A stretch of 64,000 nucleotides of DNA from Candidatus Bathyarchaeum tardum. Lineage in GTDB: Archaea; Thermoproteota; Bathyarchaeia; Bathyarchaeales; Bathyarchaeaceae. Each line of letters opens with the position of its first letter. The first letter of the stretch is position 1. The position numbers and the translations under genes are program-made. The DNA lies in assembly GCA_024650005.2 (NCBI GenBank), contig CP122380.1, positions 416,001 through 480,000 on the forward strand, written 5' to 3'. The notes under the pieces were generated by a model. The model did not search any database and was not told where the DNA came from. It saw nothing but the letters and a program-made list of their open reading frames with translations. Of this stretch, positions 58,561 to 64,000 are shown one piece after another.

Positions 58561-59280
58561 TTATGATAAATAAGATGTAACTATAGCATAAAGTATTCTT
58601 GTCCCATCTTTTATAGGGTCAAGCTTTGATTGCCCTACTGTTCGCTGAATAAAACTTATGGGAGTTTCTACAACTCGCGCCTGTTTTCGTAAGGCTTTAA
58701 CAAGCATTTCAGACTCCACTTCATACCCATAAGAAGTTAACTTCATTTTTTTTATCAGCGAAGCTCGAATCGCTCGAAATCCTGACTGGGAATCAGTTAT
58801 GTTAACTCCAGTGAGATACCTTGTCAGGTTGTTGAATAGTTTATTTCCTGCCCTGTTTATTTTCGGAATCTTAGTTTTGTTATGTTCAGAATTTGCAAAT
58901 CTTGACCCAACAACAAAATCAGCCTTGTCATCCGTTAAATACTGTAAAATCAACGGAATTTCTTCAGGTTTATGCGAACCATCTGCATCTATTGTAACTA
59001 CATATTCTCCTTTAGCACGCAAAAAGCCACACCTGAGCGCAAATCCTTTTCCTGTGTGGCATCCTTTTATGACTATTGCTTTTTGTTTTTGAGCAATATC
59101 TGCTGATTTATCGTTTGAACCATCATCTACAACTAGAACTTCGTAGGATAATCCCATTTTTTCCAGTGTTTTATTTGTGCGATTAATTACGTCCCCTACA
59201 GTTACTTCTTCGTTGAACACTGGAATAATAACAGAAACGATAACTTTGTTTCGTTCCTTGTCTTCTTTGCTTTTTACCAT
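58561..59280 (-). CDS. GT2 polyprenol-phosphate glycosyltransferase (DPM1-like)
   Basis: IIPVFNEE, VVDDGSND, GKG, IDADGSH, VVGSRF and DSQSGFRA. Confidence 0.9.
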   Translation of the reverse strand: MVKSKEDKERNKVIVSVIIPVFNEEVTVGDVINRTNKTLEKMGLSYEVLVVDDGSNDKSADIAQKQKAIVIKGCHTGKGFALRCGFLRAKGEYVVTIDADGSHKPEEIPLILQYLTDDKADFVVGSRFANSEHNKTKIPKINRAGNKLFNNLTRYLTGVNITDSQSGFRAIRASLIKKMKLTSYGYEVESEMLVKALRKQARVVETPISFIQRTVGQSKLDPIKDGTRILYAIVTSYLS

Positions 59281-59845
59281 TATGTTTGAGAAGTGTTGAC
59301 TTCATGAATTAAATAGTTTGTCAAACAGCCAGCAATCCTGTTTGATTGTTCAAATTGTATATTAAATAGCTACATGGAGTTACATTTATCTTACTTGAAA
59401 AGTTAATGAATTAGCATAATTTTTCGATTGCAAGTAACTTATTTCCTCTGCCAATTATCTTGATATATTCTTGTTTTCGCAATATTATTCAGTTCAAAAC
59501 AACCATAATATAATGTCTTAATATTTTATACAATTGGGACCAAAACAAAATGACAAAACAAAAAAGAATTCCATCAAAACCGACCAAGATAAAATGGGAT
59601 CCTATTGTCATTAAACTTATTCAGGATAAAAAACAGATTTTTGATTAATTCTTGTTTTCTATCTTTCTTTATCATCTTTTTGTTTCGTTTAGTGTTTGTC
59701 AAAAAGATCAATAAATGTTTTCTTTAAAACATGAAGAACTTTTAACCTGTGCTTGCTTGTGTTTGAGGATGTTTTATATTAAATGTGGATGATGTAGTTT
59801 CACGTTGCCGAAGTCATTACACAACTTTGACGGAGAAAAAACAAA

Positions 59846-60445
59846 GTGAAACAAGCCTTGGAAGACATCAAACAAAATCTCAAAGCCAGAAAAAAAACAG
59901 ACCGAATCATGTGGTTTTCAATGTGGGCTGTTCTGGCAGTTGCGAGTTTTGGGATTGCTTGGTTTCCCATGATATATTACAGCATCAAAAGAAGGAACAA
60001 CCACTTTGCCCGCCAAGAAAATCTGGAAATACTAATTCGGAGCAAACTCAACCTAAATTCAGAAAAAATGTCAACTGAAGTTACAAAATCAATGAATGCA
60101 ACATTATGGACTTTGTTGACTTTGTTGATTGTTCCTGGTTTTTACTTGTTTTATTCCTTGAAAAAGGATCTGCAAGAACATGAAATGCATGAACATGTTT
60201 TCTTGTCTGATGTAATTAAGGTAGCTGAAGAGTCTGGTGTGTCCCTTGATGTTCAAAGCTTTGCAACTACTCCAAGTTTTCGGATGGAAAAATATTTTTT
60301 TCTTAGTGTTTTATCTTGTGGTTTAGTTGCGGCTTACTGGTTGTATCGAATATTTAATGATTATAATGACCATTTCAAAATGCAGTGGATAATCGAAGAT
60401 GAACTACTACGTTTCTTGAAAGAATTGGAAAAAAAATCCAGTTGA
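59846..60445 (+). CDS. Membrane protein of unknown function (DUF4234-like repeats)
   Basis: Repeated TM + Y..(K/N)(D/R).N.H units; GTG start after GGAG. Confidence 0.65.
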   Translation: MKQALEDIKQNLKARKKTDRIMWFSMWAVLAVASFGIAWFPMIYYSIKRRNNHFARQENLEILIRSKLNLNSEKMSTEVTKSMNATLWTLLTLLIVPGFYLFYSLKKDLQEHEMHEHVFLSDVIKVAEESGVSLDVQSFATTPSFRMEKYFFLSVLSCGLVAAYWLYRIFNDYNDHFKMQWIIEDELLRFLKELEKKSS

Positions 60446-60524
60446 TTGTTCGTGGTTTTGCTGATGATTTTTATATCTGTCTGACCAATACGAAGGTCTG
60501 AAAAACCGAAGGAAGCCACATAAT

Positions 60525-61664
60525 ATGGTAGATGTTTCCAAACTTGCAAAGAAACCTTTCAAAAAAATGACTCCCTGTTTTCATGGCGGAAACGTTTGGG
60601 AACTCTCACAAAATTGCAAAATCCCTGTTGAACAAATAATTGACTTTAGTGTCTCAACAAATCCTTTGGGTGCACCTAAAACAGCTCTTGATATTATGGA
60701 AAAAAATCTTGAGTGTGTGGAGCATTACCCTGACCCAACTCATGAGTGGCTTCTTCAAGACATTGCAAAGTCACTTGATGTGTTTACAGAAAATATTGTA
60801 ATTGGTAATGGCTCAACTGAACTGATTTACTTGTTTGGGGAAATCTTTCTTGACGAAAAAACAGATGCTATACTTCCTGTTCCATTTTTCAGTGAATACA
60901 AAGCAGTCATAAACCGGTTTGGCGCTAACATGTTGTTTTTGGACTGCATACCTGAACGTGGTTTTCAGTTAGACTTCAACGAACTAGAGAAATTAGTCTC
61001 AAAGAAAACTCGAGTCATTTTTCTTTGTAACCCAAACAGCCCCACTGGTGTTCTTTATAAATCCAAAGACCTTCTAGAAATTGTAAAATTTGCTGCACAA
61101 AGAAACGTTTTTGTGTTTGTTGACGAAGATTACATTGATTTTGTTGATAACAGCAAACAGCATTCAATGGCCAAATACGTGAATGAATACAACAACCTGT
61201 TTGTTCTTAGATCCTTGACCAAATTCTTTGGCTTAGCTGGAATAAGAATTGGTTTTGGCGTTGGTTCCCCTGGTTTGATTAGAATTCTGAAAAACTGTAA
61301 ACTTCCTTGGAGTGTAAACAGTCTAGCCATGTTTGCCACTTCGGCAGCAATCAAAGATACTGAATATATTAAAAAGTCTAGAAATCTTATATCAAAAAGC
61401 AGAACCGAAATGGTAGACCTGTTCAGTTCTATTTCTTGGTTGAAGGTTCATCCTTCGGAAACTAACTTTTTGCTGGTAGAAATTATGGATACTAGTTTAA
61501 CTTCAACAAAACTCAAAGAAGAGCTTGCAAAAAAAGGGCTTCTAATCCGAGACTGTAAAGATTTTGATGGTTTAAACAACAAATTTTTCAGGGTTTCAGT
61601 TAGAAAACCCGAAGAAAACCAGAAACTAATCAACCAAATAAAATCCATTGGAAACAAAAACTAA
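60525..61664 (+). CDS. cobD: L-threonine-O-3-phosphate decarboxylase (PLP class I)
   Basis: HGGN, IDFSVSTNPLG, YPD, GNGSTELI, CNPNSPTG and RSLTKFFGLAGIRIG; adjacent to cobY/cobS. Confidence 0.85.
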   Translation: MVDVSKLAKKPFKKMTPCFHGGNVWELSQNCKIPVEQIIDFSVSTNPLGAPKTALDIMEKNLECVEHYPDPTHEWLLQDIAKSLDVFTENIVIGNGSTELIYLFGEIFLDEKTDAILPVPFFSEYKAVINRFGANMLFLDCIPERGFQLDFNELEKLVSKKTRVIFLCNPNSPTGVLYKSKDLLEIVKFAAQRNVFVFVDEDYIDFVDNSKQHSMAKYVNEYNNLFVLRSLTKFFGLAGIRIGFGVGSPGLIRILKNCKLPWSVNSLAMFATSAAIKDTEYIKKSRNLISKSRTEMVDLFSSISWLKVHPSETNFLLVEIMDTSLTSTKLKEELAKKGLLIRDCKDFDGLNNKFFRVSVRKPEENQKLINQIKSIGNKN

Positions 61665-62281
61665 CTGTCAGTTTCTTGTTTTTTGATATATTTTTTTACG
61701 GCTTCCAAATCGTTAACTGAATTTACAGTGAAAACAGCTTCAGGTTTGCTGCTGGCAACAACTTCTTGTTCTTGTTCTTCCAAAATATGTTGTCCATCAA
61801 TTATGTTAATCCCCGAAACAGCAAATTTTTTACCTTGATGCTCGTAAAGAGAAACAGCCGACAACCCATATTTCTGAAAAGCCTCTTCGGGAATCATGAC
61901 CGTTAATGCAGGTTTACCTGATCTTTCATATTTTGTAATTATTTCATCCAAAAATTCTCCATTAATCAACGGAAGATCAGACGAAAGAATCAAAACAGGG
62001 CAATGCAAATTTGCAACTTGAACTGCCTGCTGGACGTCTTCATGGTATCCTTTTCCATTAGTTTCTAAAACTATTACTCCTGCATTTTTTGCTTCTTGAG
62101 CTGTTTTTGGGCTGATCGAAGTTACAGCAACATAAATTTCAGAAATTTTTTTTGCTTGTCTTGTTGCATCGATGACTCTTCGTATGAGGGGCTTTTCCAT
62201 AAACTCTGCCATTGGTTTTTCAATATTACTACTGAAACGGGTTCCTTTTCCCCCTGCCATAATAATTGCAGCAATTCGCAT
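61661..62281 (-). CDS. cobY: Adenosylcobinamide-phosphate guanylyltransferase
   Basis: IMAGGKGTR..EKP, GKGYHED, SSDLP and SGINII; ATG 2 nt after the cobS stop. Confidence 0.88.
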   Translation of the reverse strand: MRIAAIIMAGGKGTRFSSNIEKPMAEFMEKPLIRRVIDATRQAKKISEIYVAVTSISPKTAQEAKNAGVIVLETNGKGYHEDVQQAVQVANLHCPVLILSSDLPLINGEFLDEIITKYERSGKPALTVMIPEEAFQKYGLSAVSLYEHQGKKFAVSGINIIDGQHILEEQEQEVVASSKPEAVFTVNSVNDLEAVKKYIKKQETDS

Positions 62282-62283
62282 TA

Positions 62284-63114
62284 CTACAAAAACACCACCA
62301 CAAACAATGCACACATTCGGGCGACTTCGTTAGTTGCCCCGAAAATGTCACCGTTTACTCCTCCAAAAACCCGTTTTCCTAAAACTATCATGAATGCCCC
62401 CACAAGTATTCCCGCGGCTACGGCAAATACGCCAGTTAAACCAAATAGGGGAACGCTGAAAGCAAGAGATATAGTTAATGCAATTGTGTATAACTTGTTG
62501 TTTTTTCGAATAAAGTCGATGAAACTTCTGCCTTTTCCTCGTTTTTCTTCAAGGTTTTCTGGAGGAGATGTGCCTTGCCATGCTGTTGTTACCATAGCTA
62601 GTTTTGCGCATACTTCTGCTACTATTATTGAAGGAATTATTGTGTTGTTATTTGTTAGGAAAATTAGCAAGAAAGTTAAAAACGAAACAGCAAGGGCAAA
62701 AAAAGCTCCGGTTCTGGTTACTGTCCACACATGGGCGATGTCCATTTTCTCTTTTAGAGAAGCTTTACGGATTCCTAGAGCATTGCCGACGTCAACCAGT
62801 CCGTCTGTGTGTTGCAGCCCGATAACAACAAGAAGAAATGCCATGGTTACTATACCTGCTAATCCCTTTGCAGCAAAATCAAAATAGATTTCATAAGCTC
62901 CAGAAAAAATCAAATTGTTTATGATTCCCAAAACGAAAAACGTTACTTTGTTTGCCACGTATCCGTATACGCCCACAATTAGACCGATAACTGCTCCAAT
63001 GACTGGAAACAAGAACATGTAACGGGCAGAAATGTCCAAAAAACTTTCATCCATTTTCACGGGGATGGCGGTGAGAAAGGCGAATAACCCTCTGAAAACT
63101 GTTATTATTTTCGT
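62284..63114 (-). CDS. cobS: Cobamide synthase, copy 2 (divergent; probable non-canonical start)
   Basis: GLQHTDGLVD and FGGVNGDIFGATNE; the conserved GLFAFLTAIP lies upstream of the first GTG (63060), in frame with ACG at 63114. Confidence 0.8.
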   Translation of the reverse strand, partial: TKIITVFRGLFAFLTAIPVKMDESFLDISARYMFLFPVIGAVIGLIVGVYGYVANKVTFFVLGIINNLIFSGAYEIYFDFAAKGLAGIVTMAFLLVVIGLQHTDGLVDVGNALGIRKASLKEKMDIAHVWTVTRTGAFFALAVSFLTFLLIFLTNNNTIIPSIIVAEVCAKLAMVTTAWQGTSPPENLEEKRGKGRSFIDFIRKNNKLYTIALTISLAFSVPLFGLTGVFAVAAGILVGAFMIVLGKRVFGGVNGDIFGATNEVARMCALFVVVFL

Positions 63115-63321
63115 TGTTTAATATCCTCCGTGACTTGTGTTTACTGTAGAGTGTTTTCCTGTTTACCGTTTTAGAACTTTTAAAATCTTCTACTAACACG
63201 GTTTGGTTCAAAACACGCACAATTTTTTCTTAAACTATGAAGATGTAACTGTTTACAGAAGGTTTATATTGGTTTCACAGCAAACCCGTCTCGTTAGTAA
63301 CTAACGTTGGGTGAAAACAAC

Positions 63322-63615
63322 TTGATAGATAACTTGATTTACTTTGTAGCTGGGTTTGCCATAATTTTTGTTTTGATGTATTTTGGTGTTGGAATAAATG
63401 ACCCCATGGGTGGAACAAGCATGAAAGGCTGGTGCTACCAATACCTTGTGATAGCATTAGTTTTTGATGCCCTTGCTGTTTTTGCTTTGTTTTACCAAAA
63501 TGCCATACTTACCCAATTAATTCTTGGTGTTGCTGCAGGATCGGCAACAGTTCTAGGAATTCATGTTGCACATCACATTAAAGAAGAAAATGAAGGACAT
63601 GGACACAGCCACTAA
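63322..63615 (+). CDS. Small 3-TM protein with His-rich C-terminus
   Basis: SD GGTGA then TTG 63322; tail HVAHHIKEENEGHGHSH; downstream 9-bp hairpin at 63612-63637. Confidence 0.65.
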   Translation: MIDNLIYFVAGFAIIFVLMYFGVGINDPMGGTSMKGWCYQYLVIALVFDALAVFALFYQNAILTQLILGVAAGSATVLGIHVAHHIKEENEGHGHSH

Positions 63616-63687
63616 CTGAATTTATTGTTTCAGTTAGGATATTTTTTATACTCTCCCTTTGTTAACTAGTGTATCAAGGGTTTTGTA

Positions 63688-64000
63688 ATGAAAAATTACG
63701 ATTTAATTTCTGTAGGTTCAGGTTCGGCAATGGCAATTGTTGAAGCATTTATCCAAGAAAACCCAAAAGCCAAAATTGCAGTTATCGAAAAAGATACTCC
63801 CGGAGGTATCTGTTTAACAAGGGGATGTATTCCGTCTAAACTTTTGTTATACCCCGCAGAAGTAGTGCGAACTATTCAAAAAGCGAAAGATTTTGGGATT
63901 GATTCTGAAATAAAAAACGTTGACTTCAAAGCAGTAATGGAACGCATGCGAAACATAATCCAAATTGACGTAAACAATATTCGGGAAGGACTTGTTCAAT
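63688..64000 (+). CDS. Dihydrolipoamide dehydrogenase-family flavoprotein disulfide reductase (3' truncated; not in ORF track)
   Basis: My translation: MKNYDLISVGSGS...IAVIEKDTPGGICLTRGCIPSK, containing the redox-active CxxxxC. Confidence 0.88.
   Translation, partial: MKNYDLISVGSGSAMAIVEAFIQENPKAKIAVIEKDTPGGICLTRGCIPSKLLLYPAEVVRTIQKAKDFGIDSEIKNVDFKAVMERMRNIIQIDVNNIREGLVQ

Noticed and set aside
59281-59845. Long AT-rich spacer as CRISPR array, origin or mobile element
   Set aside because: No regularly spaced direct repeats, ORB-like boxes, terminal inverted repeats or transposase remnants were seen; it is consistent with divergent promoters.
62096-62887. 263-aa plus-strand ORF
   Set aside because: Antisense shadow of cobS/cobY with no motif. 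The same applies to 20542..21168 (antisense to cbiZ) and most other short overlapping ORFs in the track.
63626-63638. 13-nt match TGTTTCAGTTAGG to the candidate ncRNA (22002-22014) as an sRNA target
   Set aside because: One 13-mer match between a 210-nt query and 128 kb of two-strand AT-rich sequence is expected by chance.
1-64000. Genome-wide TAG (pyrrolysine) or TGA (selenocysteine) recoding
   Set aside because: TAG and TGA end many genes at their expected family C-termini (btuC, cbiA-like, cobS, SPASM genes). No methyltransferase is split by an in-frame amber, and no pyl/sel genes are visible.

Overview
Archaeal genomic window of moderately low GC. Bathyarchaeia is the likely source (inference from PQQ-like propeller surface proteins, the MtrH-like methyltransferase, CobY/CbiZ and BRE-TATA promoters). 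I found no rRNA, tRNA, CRISPR array or transposase. Most of the 64 kb is one corrinoid-centred supercluster with four interleaved parts. (1) Corrinoid uptake, salvage and remodelling: two BtuF, BtuC, BtuD, a DUF71/Dph6-like ATPase, a CbiZ-CobZ fusion, a CbiA-like amidase, CbiB, CobD, CobY and two CobS. (2) Twelve radical SAM enzymes (six B12-binding class B, five SPASM of AhbC/AhbD/NirJ type, one HemN-like) plus three class I methyltransferases. (3) A capless corrinoid protein with an MtrH-like methyltransferase, three paralogous CxCxxC barrel proteins, a ferredoxin and a lone RnfD-ferredoxin fusion. (4) Surface glycosylation genes: glmS, two GT-C-like proteins, two GT4, two GT2 and two beta-propeller surface proteins. 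Several familiar enzymes have lost canonical catalytic motifs: CbiA lacks its glutaminase Cys, the CobZ domain its acidic residues, RnfD its FMN-Thr motif, and the corrinoid protein reads DxHxxP. A ~210-nt multi-helix candidate ncRNA with a possible loop-loop pseudoknot lies at ~21907-22129. The best candidate for an undescribed system is a radical-SAM-rich pathway that tailors a corrinoid/tetrapyrrole, or alternatively lipids or surface glycans. All function calls come from motif recognition by eye, without database searches.
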